Part shown: positions 1 through 11,788 of the stretch, piece after piece
How the letters are laid out: every line of letters starts with the position of its first letter
Position numbering within the stretch: position 1 is the first letter of the stretch
DNA from: Guillardia theta CCMP2712
Taxonomy: Eukaryota; Protista; Cryptophyta
Direction: 5' to 3'
Assembly (NCBI RefSeq): GCF_000315625.1
Contig: NW_005434647.1
Span: 418,936 to 482,935 of the forward strand
Length of the DNA stretch: 64,000 bases
Translations under genes and position numbers: made by a program
The notes under the pieces: generated by a model
Told to the model about the DNA's origin: nothing
Database searches by the model: none
The model's input: only the letters and a program-made list of their open reading frames with translations

Positions 1-2322
1 CACCGAGCCTGCACAACCTCAACATGACGTCATCATGGACTGGCTCCACCTGCAGCCAGGTCTCGTAGTCGTCTTCCTCTCCTTCAAGGCTCTCCCTCTC
101 CTCGCCTGCTATCCCCGTCAGGTCCCGGGGGAACTTGGAGCGAGCGGGAGGGAGACTCAATGGATGGGGGAAGGGGGAAGGAGGTAGTGACTCACTGTAG
201 CTCTGGGAGAAGGTCTCGCACAACTTCAAAACGATGAAACGGAGGTCGCCCATGGTCGGCAGCACAAGTCTAGCTCGCCACGTCATCCGGGCACCGCCAT
301 GACACCCGGCCTCCCCCATACCTCTGAACGCTCAGGCCCCGGTGATCTTTGGGCTCATACTTGCCATCGGCCTCTATGGCTCGAGTGAGCTCGCCGAGCC
401 TGTAGACCTGCTGGGGAGTCAGCTGAGGAGGAGGAGGAGAGGGGAGGAGGCGCACAGAGGATCCCTCCATCTTGGCGGTGAAGGGCGTTGTCTTCAGTCG
501 CTGCATGACTTCCTCCTCTGCCCATCAGCCCAGGTGAGGAGAGGAGAAACAAGGAGTGATGATGAGGGGAGAAGCAGGGGGCGAATGTGGGAGGGAGGAC
601 GAGGGAGAGTTGGAAAGGAGGAAGAGGGAAAGGGTAGGGGGGAAGGACGGATGAGTCGGAGAAGACCTTCAGCTTCCTTGACCAGCACGTAGAGCTTCGT
701 GTCGTCGATCCACTTGATGTTGCAGCTGGTCTGGAAGAGCCTGAGGGACGAGGAGGCAGGTCATTAGCGCCCTCTTGACCGCCAGCAACAGTGAGGGCTC
801 ACGCTTGGACGTCCTTGTTGCAGACTTTCTTCCGATTCTTCGATCCTGCTGTGGAGATGAAGAAGATGCAGCCCACGACGCCCTGGATGCTGCGAGCAGG
901 GATGGGAAATCAGCAAGAGCGAGGGGGAACCTCTGACGTCACCTCATCCTCTCCTTGTACTCTGCCGACAGCCTACAGACGTAGTTGGATACATTCCTCC
1001 TGACATACTGTGGAGGTTGTGCAGGACGGTTGATGTAGCCTGAAGGTCGACGAGGGTGAAATTTCATCACAGCGCACCAAGCCCCACCTGTCCCGACGAG
1101 CTGCGGAAAGTCTTCTTGGACTTCCTCTACCCTCCTCCTCGCGTCATTGCCGTAGCTCGGGAAAAAATCCTCGTCGTCGTCGATGAGGAAAGGAAAGTTC
1201 TCTTCGCGTCCAACTCCAGCCATGCTGCGTTGTTGAGACCCAAAGTTTGCGGATTGCCCGGTAGGTACATTGCGATCATTTCGAAAACCCCTCTGCTGCC
1301 CCTGAAATCGATTCTCAGGTCTTCCAGTCTCCCTCTCTCGTGTCCTTCCTCCAAACACAGCCTCCATGATCGCAGCAGCCTGTTCCCTAAGGGCTGCGGG
1401 GGGGGGGGTAAGGTTCGGAGGGGGAGGAGCGCGGTAGAGACCTGTTATCCTCTCTGTCGGATCGTTCAATCTCTCCTTGAATTCGAAGACTTCCTTCACT
1501 CCGACCTTCTTGAGCCGGCATGCGGCAAGGTGCCGGTCAAGAGCTTCGCAGTCCTCCTTAGTGATGGGTCGGCGGCTGATCGTTCCTTACATCAGCTTCC
1601 AGTGCAAGTGAGGTACAGCCGTTTCTCACCTGACTGGGTGAGTGAAGGTTCCCGAAGACACGAGGTAGTTGGCGAGGATCTGGGGGTCGAACCAAACCTA
1701 GAGGCTTTCGTGAGTCCCTTCCGGCCCTCGTGAGGCAACTTCACCGAGATGTCATCGTTGGCCTTGAGATCGAACGGTTCATATCTCAGCTGGCCGATAG
1801 GCTCTAGCGAAATCGGGTCGTCTTCCTGTAGAATCTTCCACCACTTCCTCCGCTTGTCGTTGTTGTGCTTCGAGATGTTTTCCTTCATGTTCAAGGTGGA
1901 TTTCTGCAGAATAGGAAAGTTTTAATCTGGTTAATGGCGGAGACTCGTCAAACCTTGTCCTCCTTAAGTTGATTGTCTTGAGGTCCCTTCTGCCGTCTTG
2001 CCCCTTGTCAAAAATCTCATGATCCAACTCAACGATTCCTGCGCATGCTTACCCTGCTTCTTGGATTGTTTGTCATGATCATTAGCATTAGGAAGCGATT
2101 CCTGGACATCAAATCAGACTGTCTGTCCATGATGTCTCGTATATCACGTACATAAGTTCCTTTGGCACTCTCCTCCTCTTCTTCTACCCTCCTGTTGCTT
2201 CTCTTTTCCTTCCCTTCACCCTGCGCATCGTCGCTTGCCGCTTCAGGCCTTGTGCGACGCTGCTGCTGCTGCTGCTGAGGCTTGTTGCGTTTGTTCTTCT
2301 TGCTCTGAGTGGAGCCGGGCAT
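1..2322 (-). CDS. Multi-exon hypothetical protein, 3' end beyond the left edge
   Basis: ATG at 2322 (MPGSTQSKKNKRNKPQQQ...). A chain of minus-strand exons with GT-AG borders includes ILQEDDPISLEPIGQLRYEPFDL, WFDPQILANYLVSSGTFTHP and the 939-1499 ORF. No family assigned. Confidence 0.6.
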
Positions 2323-4063
2323 GGCTACATGAGCTGGTCCACAGGCCAGCACGGCCTCATCCTGCAGGGCGACATGCGGAACGAACTCTGGCGCATCAAC
2401 TCGCCATGGGACGAGCGAGCTTGCGAGAAAAGCGTCCCCGACATGCGGTTGAGAATCTGCGAGCTCATGTCAGCACAGCAAGGTGAGCGCATGCTTCATG
2501 ACTTGGAGCGTTGGCAAGGTTCACACCTGAGGGCATGTGATGAGTCTCTGTAGCAGAGGCACCTGCTGGATCTGGAACAATGCATCTCAGTGAGCAGTTA
2601 GCAGTTGAAAGGGGCGGGGCGGGGTGCCAGGAAAGGGGAAACGGGGAGGAGTAATCAGTCTCGTCGTCAATCAGGGTCAAGGGAGACTAGAAGGAGCACC
2701 GTTCACGCTGACGGGTCTGCTCTTCTCTGTTCTCGGTTTGTGTCTCCTCCTCACAGGTCTCGACGCCTTCGCCTCCTGTACAACCATCCATCACCTCCTC
2801 CCTTCCTGAACCTGAACTACCGCGGCAGACGGCTGAGCCGCATCAGCAGAGGGTTTGTCTTGAGACGGTGCATGCGAGGGAGCGGAAGGTCCTGCCGAGT
2901 CTGCTTGCTGCTGTGCCTGAGACCATTGTCAACGTGGACGGCTATGGCAGTATTAGTAGACTCACTGGCGGGGCTCCGCTTCCATGGCTGCTCAGAGTGC
3001 AAGGTGTCAACGAAGCATGAAGAGAAGAGGAGGAAGGAGAAGGCTCATCACCTGCTGGCTTCCTCAGTTTGTTGCCCTGCAGGATGATCCGCCTTCTTTC
3101 GGGGCCGCCTGAAGAACCTGGGCCTGAAAGCAAAGCAAAGCAATATCATCATTTCAGGCACCGAACGCCTCTCTGTTGCAGTTGAACTGTCAAGCAAAGG
3201 CTAGCGATCTAATCTCATTGATTTACATTGAATGCAGATTAGAGACCATCAAGGTTCTATTTCATTTTCCATCTGAACCCCCCGAAATTCCTGAATGTCT
3301 GCCACATTGCTCCTGTTCATATCACCGCTACGTCTATCACTTGATGTCCTAAGACCGACTAAGTGTCTCGTCTACAACATCATCATGGTTGGTCTCATAT
3401 CATCATCATCATCATCATCATCATCCTCTCCTGTCTACATCTTGGTTGCATGCTCCGCACCTGCTATCTGCCATGGCGAGTCCCAGACAGAAAACTCTTC
3501 TACGACGGGTGTGATTCCAGACAGGGAAGGGTGGGGTACAAAGACGCTAAATCAGAGGGGTCAGGGAGTAAAGCTGCATTATTCCATAGGGGTGGGGTGT
3601 TGGTTTTCTGGATGGGTACTTTGGAAGTAGAAAGAGGGGGTAAGTTAGATAAGGATTTTGGGGGGTATAGGGTATGATTGGAGGTAATCCTCTAGATCAA
3701 AAGTGGGGTCATTAGATGATAATTGGTGGGTAGGGGTAAACAATGGTGGGGTGCTGATGTGTGTTGGGGGGTAATCTCCTGCGCACATGCGAGTGATAAC
3801 AGAAAATAGGGGGTGGGGTTTGACCTACCTGGTAGGGTAGGGTGGTATAGAATACCATCGGGGGGCTGGGTAACCAATTCTAAAAGTGGGTAGGGTATCA
3901 TCAGCACCCGTGTACTGATGTAGAAAGGATGCTTCGTTGGACCGGTTAATATGAAAAATTGATCAGGGTAAGAAGTGGGTACTTCAAACTAAAGGGTGGG
4001 GTCAGCCACCCCCCATAGAGAAGAAGAAAGTGGATGGGTGGGTTGTTCGCGGCCTCGAGTAGG

Positions 4064-5627
4064 ATGGCGCGGACAGCGATGGTGGCCACCCTAGGAGCGG
4101 CGACGCTGATATGCTCGTGGTCCTTCCCTCTCCCGCCCTCCCACCTTCCTCTGTCGCTGTCGTCATCGTCCCACTTGTCTGCTCCTCTCTCCCGCTCCTC
4201 ACTTGTTGCTGCTCGCTACCCTGTTTCCCTGTCGCGCCTTTCCGCCCCCCAGTCGTACCTCCTCACACCAGTCCAATTGTCCTCCGCCGATCACCACAGC
4301 ACGGGCATTCTCTCTTTGAGATCACGAGTAGATGGCCCCTTGAGCTCTGGAGCGTTCGGCGACCAAAGTTCGAGCAAAAGTCACGGAAGCTTTCTCAGAC
4401 AGCGATCTGTGCGAAGGATCGGTGTTCAAGTAAGATCCGGAGGGCCATATGTCGGAGAGAAGATGGGAGAGAACGAGATTCTGTTTGATGAGGAAGATTT
4501 GAAGAGGATGAAGGTGCCTGATCTCAAAGAGCTCTGCGGCAAGTATGGCCTGTTGAAAACAGGGAAGAAGCAGGAGCTGATCGACCGCCTGATGGAGTAT
4601 CAGATGGAGCTGATGGATTCGGACGGCGATGGCCCAATGGCTAATGTAGGAAACGATGACGACGAGGATGCGGAGACGTTCTACTCGTCTGTCGGTGAAG
4701 GGGGCGGAGAGCAGGAGAATGTTCTGATGGGGGAAGAGGAGATCATGGCGCAGCAGCGGTCCAACATAGCACGGGCAACAGGAATGATCGTGAAGACGAT
4801 GGGGAAGCTGGAGGAGGGGAGCGAGAGATTCATCACTCAGACTCGAACTGGTAACTGCTGGCATGGACTGTTCTTTGAGATCGAGGCGAAGAGCAAGGGA
4901 GTGACGATCACTTCGATCAACACTGCCAGCTCTCCTGAGCATTTCGGTCCCATCCGAGAGGACAAGATGAATGTCTGGTTCTACACGTGCGAAGGAAGCT
5001 GCAAAGACAAGGAATTAGATCCGAGTGCTTGGACGATGATAGGTGAAGAGAGAGGAATACAATTGCCAACTGTTTCTTATGGAGACTTGGAGGTCTACTT
5101 GCTTTTTCCTTTCCTTAACCATGTTCTCACCCGCTCCTTCAGGCTTCTTATGGACCTTTGCCCATGGGCAAAGAAATCTTTATCCCGCCGAACAGTGTCC
5201 GAAGTTTTTGCGTGTTTTGTAGCAGTTGGCGTGGGGTTGTTCTTCGAGCGAATTTGGGGTCGCCGCAAGGATTTGAGAGAGGTGCGACAGCAAGTTCGTC
5301 GAGCTAGCTTGTCCTCTGATCTGATGGTGGCAGGGCAAGTGACCGACGAGGATGATCACATCAGACTTCGCGCTGGATACCTGCCCAAGAACGACGCAAG
5401 TTACGAGGACACGATGTACGAATCTCTCGTTGCCTGACCTGTAGTTCTGTGGAAGATGAACTCCAGTGTGGATGGTGCGAGAATGCTTACAGCCTGTTTC
5501 AGGTTCATGGAAGTATACGAGCCGAAAATGGCTAACGCATTTGTCGGTGCGATTGAGGTGAAACTGTTGCATGCTATTTTGCTAATTCTCACCATAGCAC
5601 TTTATACAGTACAAAGTCGCAGACTAG
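4064..5627 (+). CDS. SAP-domain protein with a bipartite plastid-type leader and a C-terminal beta-rich domain
   Basis: SAP consensus LKRMKVPDLKELCGKYGLLKTGKKQELIDRL. Leader MARTAMVATLGAATLICSWS-F followed by a long S/L/P/R-rich stretch. Short introns after 5092; last exon YKVAD* ends at 5627. Confidence 0.75.
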
Positions 5628-5985
5628 TAGGCAGGATTGTTATTTTTCATTCGGGTTGCCTGTGAGAAACGAGGTACAAAGGTTGGCGAGGAGGTGTCAA
5701 CAGTTGGAAGTTTTCGACTTGAAACCATTAAAATTTGAACGAAATGTAAAGTCGGGGCCGGAGTAACAAACGGGGCAAGCTGCCAACGGAGCTGGGAGTG
5801 GCAGTTGCGTGATACAAGCTCGAGTGCGAGTCAACTTCGTTCCTGACGCTCCATGACCAAGGCAGATTAATCTGCTCATTATGAAAACACAGGCAACATC
5901 TTGAGCTTGCACAGGATATCTTTTATGCTATTTGTTTTGCAGAAGGTTTGAAATCAATATTAACAACTACAGCGCGGTCATCCAT

Positions 5986-7329
5986 TCATGGAGCAGGCCC
6001 TTTGAAGTCCCAATCGTTGAACATGGTGGCGGCAGTGAGGGTATGCACCCAGGGGATGATGGGCTCGGAATAATCGTAACCGAGGTAAATGATCCTCCCC
6101 TGTCCCATGGGGATCTCGAAAACTACCGACACGTCCTCAGCCTCGTAGTAGCTGATGGCGTTCGGGGGGAGGGAGGAGAGCTGGACGCCAGTGACGGAGG
6201 TCTCCGGACCAGGCAGAGAGACAGGAAGAGCAGCAAAAGGAGTGTTGGCCCTCTGCGCAGACTGAGCCTCGTAAGGGCCGTCGACCCATCCCGGCTCAAG
6301 CTCAAACCCACCATCGACGCTAGCGATGTTCTGATTGATGAACCTGTTCGAAGAGGTGTAAGAAAGAAGGCAGAAAGAAGGCAAGACGTGTTGATATCAA
6401 ACTCACAAGATTGAAGATGTCCCTCCGCACACTACCAGCGTGTTATAACCTTCCTTCAGGTAACGATATAGCCTGTAGACGCCCTTGTCGTCCAAGACAG
6501 GCCCAGCACCATTAGAGAGAGGAGGGATCACGAGGGTAGAGCATGCATTGCGATAGAAGAAGCGGAACTGCGCCCCGTCAAAGTCCCCGATATAGCTGTT
6601 CCCTTGCATTCCACGTTGGCATGAACGCAGGTCGCACGACCCACCAAACGCAAGCTTCAGTCCAAGAATCTTGCGAACAAGGTTTCCATTCCCAACTGAG
6701 TTCACCCCCGGGCCTGAGAACATGGTGAGCCGCTGCACGTAGGGAGGTCCACGATCGTAGCGCCATACTCCATCCTGCCCTTTCCCCCCAATGAGTTGGT
6801 CGTGCGACCAGTTTGGATACTCCAGCGCCAGATTGTGCGTGGCCTCTTCCAACCTTCTCTTCGCAAGCGCAACCTCTTCATCCGAGAACTTGTTGAGCTT
6901 GAAGCAAGCAGGCAGCTCCGACTGCTTCTCCATCATCGCATACTTCCTCAGCCTCTCCTTGGATGGTTCATTGAGCTCCCACTTCGGCTGCTCGACGTAC
7001 ACGACCTCCTTGGGCTGCTCAGGTGCCGCTCCCTCCTGCTGTGCCTCGTTCAACTGCGGACGGTCTTGACGCTTGAGACCATTCATCAGAGTCACTGCTT
7101 TTGTGAGCAAGGAGTTGATTCTGTCCATCTTGGACTGATCACCGACCTGCCCCTGGTTCTGTTGAATCATGTCATGCAGATAACCTTCGTCCCAGTTCTC
7201 TTCCTGTTGAACGAGCTGTGTGCGGGGAGCCTGAGTATCGATGCTCCTCTTCACCTGGAGGAGGACGAGAAGCGACATGGCAAAGAGCGCCATCGCCCCC
7301 TTGAGCACCACCCCCTCCCGCAGTGCCAT
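5986..7329 (-). CDS. N-terminally anchored or secreted protein, possible class I glutamine-amidotransferase-like fold
   Basis: ORFs 6403-7329 and 5986-6384 are joined by one GT-AG intron (~6345-6408: ...GTSSIL/FINQN...). Hydrophobic N-terminus. The pattern LVIPPL...LYRYLKEGYNTLVVCGG...GQGRIIYLGYD suggests the fold (inference). Confidence 0.65.
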
Positions 7330-7389
7330 GGCGCACGGCTCTTCAGACTCTCCGTTATGCACGCTACAATTTCTGTAACGATCACTTTT

Positions 7390-7800
7390 CGCAGTCGGAC
7401 TCCCGGCCGCGCTGCCGGGCCAGCGCGGCCCGCCCGGCGGCCCGGCCCGGCCCGGTACGGTAAGTGAACTTCGGAACGCCGCCGCTAGTAAATCAGTGTG
7501 ACTGAACTGGTCACGAATCAGGCAGCCTGGCGGGCAGTGTGGCGCCATCCCGCCGAGTCGGCAGTGACGCGGCAGCCGCCCGGCCGCTGACTCGGCTCTC
7601 CGGCGCTGAGGCCGCCGCCGGGCCCCCGGGAGTGCCACCGGCGTGGCCGCGTGACTCGTGACGGACGCCATGGTGATCGGACGCCGGGCCCGGGCACAGT
7701 GTACCCCCCGCGGTGGCCGCATACTATGATAATGTCACAGTCACTCGGATGGCAGACCTGCTCGGGCAGCGCCGCATTGCCACGGTCAGGCTTGAACAGC
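7390..7800. promoter_or_regulatory. GC-rich palindrome-dense intergenic island 1
   Basis: Dense CCGG/GGCC/CCCGGG/TGACTC/GTCAC words immediately 5' of the ATG at 7329. A regulatory role is inferred from position only. Confidence 0.5.
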
Positions 7801-8327
7801 CGTCTCATGTGAGCGGTGAGGTCTTTCTTTACCGTCAAAGTCCAGGAAGTTCAAGTGAACAAACTAGTAGATGGTTTATAATGCAGGAATTTGCTTAAGT
7901 CACTAAAATTTCACATGCCCAAGGCTTCTTTCGTACGGTGGCCGAAAGCCCAGTACGTTTTCTGCGTCTGAGCCAGCGCCTGGTGAAACTTTCACTGCTC
8001 GGTACTTCTGCCGCTCGATTTGCCACGCCCGGAAGTTAGCACGCCTTACTCCCCTGTGCGGATAAGCTTATCGCCTTCATTGTAGAAAGTCCGATGTCTA
8101 TGTCTCACAATCTGCGTATCGACAAGTTCTGGGTTACAGGAAAATCGAGACAAGAGGGCAGTGACATCACCCTGAGGGATGAAGGTGAAGCCCTCAGACC
8201 GTGAGATCGATGAGTTTCTGCTCTATGTTTCCCCATTTGTGACAGGATTTCACCCCCCTTATATCTCTTCTTGCTCACTTCTGCATGGCATCGTCAGCTC
8301 AAGGTATGCAAACATGCACCTGATGCT

Positions 8328-8689
8328 TCAATCACCTTCTTCACCTTCGCCCTGTTGCCCTTCGTTACCCTCAGCCTCGTCTTCTTGCGACTCCTCTGCC
8401 TTCACTGCAAGCCATGACTTCAGCGCCGACAATGTCATGGTGATATGACAAACCTTTCCACGGGTAAACTGGTTTTTGATCATCCTCTCGCTGCGTGTTG
8501 GGACCTCCAAGTCGAATCTGAAAGCAATCGTCACCACGGGTTGTTCACAACGATGAGGTAGACCATCACCTCGTCTCCGCTTCCTTCCATCCATTCCGGA
8601 GTTGGTGTAACAGCCAGCATGATGGCAAGAAGTATCAAGAGACCGCCAACGAAACCGTACGTGTAGAAGTTTTTCGAATCAAGCTTCAT
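8328..8689 (-). CDS. Small single-pass membrane protein (~86 aa, 3 exons)
   Basis: Spliced by eye: MKLDSKNFYTYGFVGGLLILLAIMLAVTPTPEWMEGSGDE/IRLGGPNTQREDDQKPVYPWK/VKAEESQEDEAEG...GD*, with two ~50-nt GT-AG introns that keep the frame. Confidence 0.5.
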
Positions 8690-9504
8690 TTCTGTTCGGT
8701 CTAGCTATCTGTACACCTGAGAACGCAGAAGCTCAGGACAAACATTGCATTTACATGGATGATTATATTACAGGTTGGAATCCTCGCTGATCGGTGGGCA
8801 AATAGAAGTTAACCCTGTTTCACGAATCAACACGGCGAAGCGGGTTGTGCACACTAAGTTGTGAATACTATCTTATTTTGCACCATATCATGTTTTCAGA
8901 GAACGACCTAACGCATAATTATGACTTTGAGTTCATTGTTGTGCCTGATCTTGTATGACTCGATTCGGTGTTTGACTAAAACTCTTCACCAAAAGTTTCT
9001 TCTCAAGTACCAGGATGTCTAGAGGGTAGTCGACACGTTTCGTCATGGAAAGCATCAGGCGTGTTGCAAGTCTAAGGAGCAACATAATGACAAAAGTATC
9101 AAGAATCATGCAATGTTGCTCTTTTCCTTTGCTAATCGTGCTGCCATCGCTCCCTAACTCGCACTGCTGTTTCTGGCTACAACCCGCCGACATGTCTCGC
9201 CCCTTCGTGTTTCCGTTGCATTTGTAACGACACAGCGGTCAGTCATTGCCCACCCCTGCTATCACCATAGTTTTACATGGTCCTTTGATCCACCGGTGCT
9301 GTTGAAATACCCTGAAAAATTCAAACAAAAATACCAGGTAGGGGTCTATTCATTACCCCTTATTTTCAATATCAGTAAACGGGGTTACATTCCTATGACC
9401 GGTGATATCAATCACCCCATGTATTGAAGACAAAGATGGGGGTAGGGGGTGAAGGAGAAAAAAGGATCTGGGGAGCGCGTGCAGCCGACCTTAGAGCGCT
9501 GGCC

Positions 9505-9707
9505 ATGAAGCACGTAGCGGCCTACATGCTGTGCGTCCTCGGCGGCAACGCCAACCCCTCTGCCGCCGACGTCAAGAAGGTTCTCCAGGCAGCAGAGGCC
9601 AACATCGATGATGGAGCCATTGACAAGATCGTCGAGTCTCTCGGGGGAAAGAGCGCTGAGGAGGTGGAGGCATTGATTAAGGATGGCAAGGGAAAGATGG
9701 GCAGTGT

Positions 9708-9747
<40 letters not shown>

Positions 9748-9988
9748 GCACCGGCGGCGGCAGCAGCTAGCGCAGGTAAATTGATATGTCTACAACAAGA
9801 AACGAGCTGTTGTGTGATGTTTATTTGACGATCTTGCTTGGTCTCTTTGCCTTGCCCTTCGGGATGTTGTAACTTTCTTTTTATTCGGCTGACTTGAAGG
9901 CATTTCAGGTGGTGGTGGAGGTGCTAAGAAGGCACCTGAGCCAGAGCCAGAGGAGGAGGAGGATATGGGCTTCTCACTTTTCGATTAA
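9505..9988 (+). CDS. RPLP2: 60S acidic ribosomal protein P2
   Basis: MKHVAAYMLCVLGGNANPSAADVKKVL..., a Gly/Ala hinge, and the diagnostic C-terminus EEEEDMGFSLFD* after intron 9776-9908. Confidence 0.97.
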
Positions 9989-10484
9989 GGGTAACGATTT
10001 TATTGGTAACAATGAATTCCTCAAAACTCGAGCTGGATGACGGGAGGTTCAAGTTGGAGCGGAAACAGCCACCGGGGAGAGGACGGCATCAGGGATTCGC
10101 TTCTTGCAACAGACTGATGATTAACAGCTGGTTTTACTTTGAATCGAAAGAGGATGGGAACTCCTGGAAAGGAGCTTGCCTTGGAACGGCGATGGCAGGA
10201 AACGAGATGAGGACGGGACAACGCATCCTTCGCTTAGCTCTGAAACTGGCAGCAGTTGCGATACGGTCTTGGTATCAGTTGTGTAGAACATCGTGTAGCA
10301 CGTGCGCAGGGAGTGGCTCCATTGACTGTAGGGCAGATGGCAGCGAGCCGATGGGATGTAAGACAGACATTTGGTTTGTGTGTGCCCTAAGGTTGTATCT
10401 GAGCAATCATCTTGTGGAGCAAACAGCGTGTAGATACGGAGAATGATTCTGAGAGGTGGGATTTATGTTCGATAGTTTACAAGA

Positions 10485-10861
10485 TTAGCACATGAGGGCA
10501 GGAGACGAGGTTGGATCGCAAGGACCGCCGAGGAACCCGGTCACGGACGTGTAACCTGCTCCACAATCATATCGCTAAAACCATCGCCATCCACCCCGCT
10601 GACCATCCTCCTCCTTTCCTCTCTCCCTCACCTTCGTCGCCTGGCAGCACCCAGGGAGTTCCGTCCGCGTCTCGAGGGTAGTACCCTCCATACCCAGTCT
10701 CGTACGCTCCAGTGTCGAGATCGTGATAGAAGCTCTTGGGGTACGAGAACAATTGGACTGAAAAGCAAGTTGTCATCAGTACTCAACACCTCCACACAGT
10801 GCTGTCATGAAGACTTGTCGTTCTTACCGGGTCGTCCTGAGGCGAACCTGAAGAACATCAT
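10485..10861 (-). CDS. Tyr/Gly/Asp/Pro-rich microprotein (~76 aa, 3 exons)
   Basis: MMFFRFASGRP/VQLFSYPKSFYHDLDTGAYETGYGGYYPRDADGTPWVLPGDE/GYTSVTGFLGGPCDPTSSPALMC*, with gtaaga and gtgagg donors and cag acceptors in frame. Confidence 0.55.
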
Positions 10862-11345
10862 GGCGCGACAGCTGGCGTGAAGCCTGTTGCATCACTCAGA
10901 TTGAAGTCATAAGATACTTATATGCTGCGGATCTTGTATCATGAGAGCGATTGTTGAATCTAGCCATGTTGATGACATTGCGAACATCCTTGTTAACGAT
11001 CATGGTATGGCTAAATCTACAAAACTTCTATGTGATCTGAACCTTGTTTCCCATCTTCATCCAGAAGCATCCAAAATAAATGAAACAAGGAAGGGGGAAG
11101 GGACAACAACAATATCTTGTCAATTGTACCAGCAGAGCCTTTGCTGCTTCTGTGAAACAATGTGCACACTACTTTACAAGTACAGCAAGGGTACGTTTTC
11201 CCAAAACTCCTCTTCGCAGCTTTCATTCTATCCTTCTAGGTGCTTGGACAATGGCCGGTGTGCTCTGTTGAAACTCCACATCCTAGTTTTCACTTCCACG
11301 AACCATCAACGGAATCTCCCCTCCCCTCGACTGCTCTCCTCGGCG

Positions 11346-11452
11346 CCTCCTCCCCTGCCTCCTCCCCTGCCTCCTCCCCTGCCTCCTCCCCTGCCTCCTC
11401 CCCTGCCTCCTCCCCTGCCTCCTCCCCTGCCTCCTCCCCTGCCTCCTCCCCT
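11346..11452. repeat. 12-bp tandem repeat (CCTCCTCCCCTG)n, about 9 copies
   Basis: Directly visible. Confidence 0.95.
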
Positions 11453-11788
11453 CCTCTTCTGCCTTGCCTGCCCTTCCTCCTTCCATTCCTCTTTCTCTTC
11501 CTGAACAGTCCGCTCGCATCCTCACTGAAGAGACAAGCGCAAAACAGGGTGGGGGTGTAGCTACCCCAGAATACGGGTACTATTCTGGTAAAAAACGGGG
11601 GTTAGGTCAAACTTGAGTCTTGCAAAACAGGGGTAGTAGGAAAATGTCGGAGAGAGGAGACTAGATACCAAGAAGCAGGCAAGCGGGAGGGAGAGGAACG
11701 ATGAGGTAGGAAGGAGAGGAGAGGAGAGGAGAGGAGAGAGGATAAGAAGAAAGGTACGACGAAGAACGGGTAGGGGAAGCTGAGGAAA

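Noticed and set aside
2221-2330. Signal-peptide-like plus-strand frame LLLLLLRLVAFVLLALSGAGHG
   Set aside because: There is no in-frame Met upstream; it is the antisense shadow of the K/N/Q-rich start of the minus-strand gene.
7330-7722. 131-aa N-terminal extension of ORF 6403-7722, and similar R/P/G/A-rich ORFs in the other islands
   Set aside because: These are stop-poor read-throughs of GC-rich islands; the hydrophobic leader begins at Met 7329.
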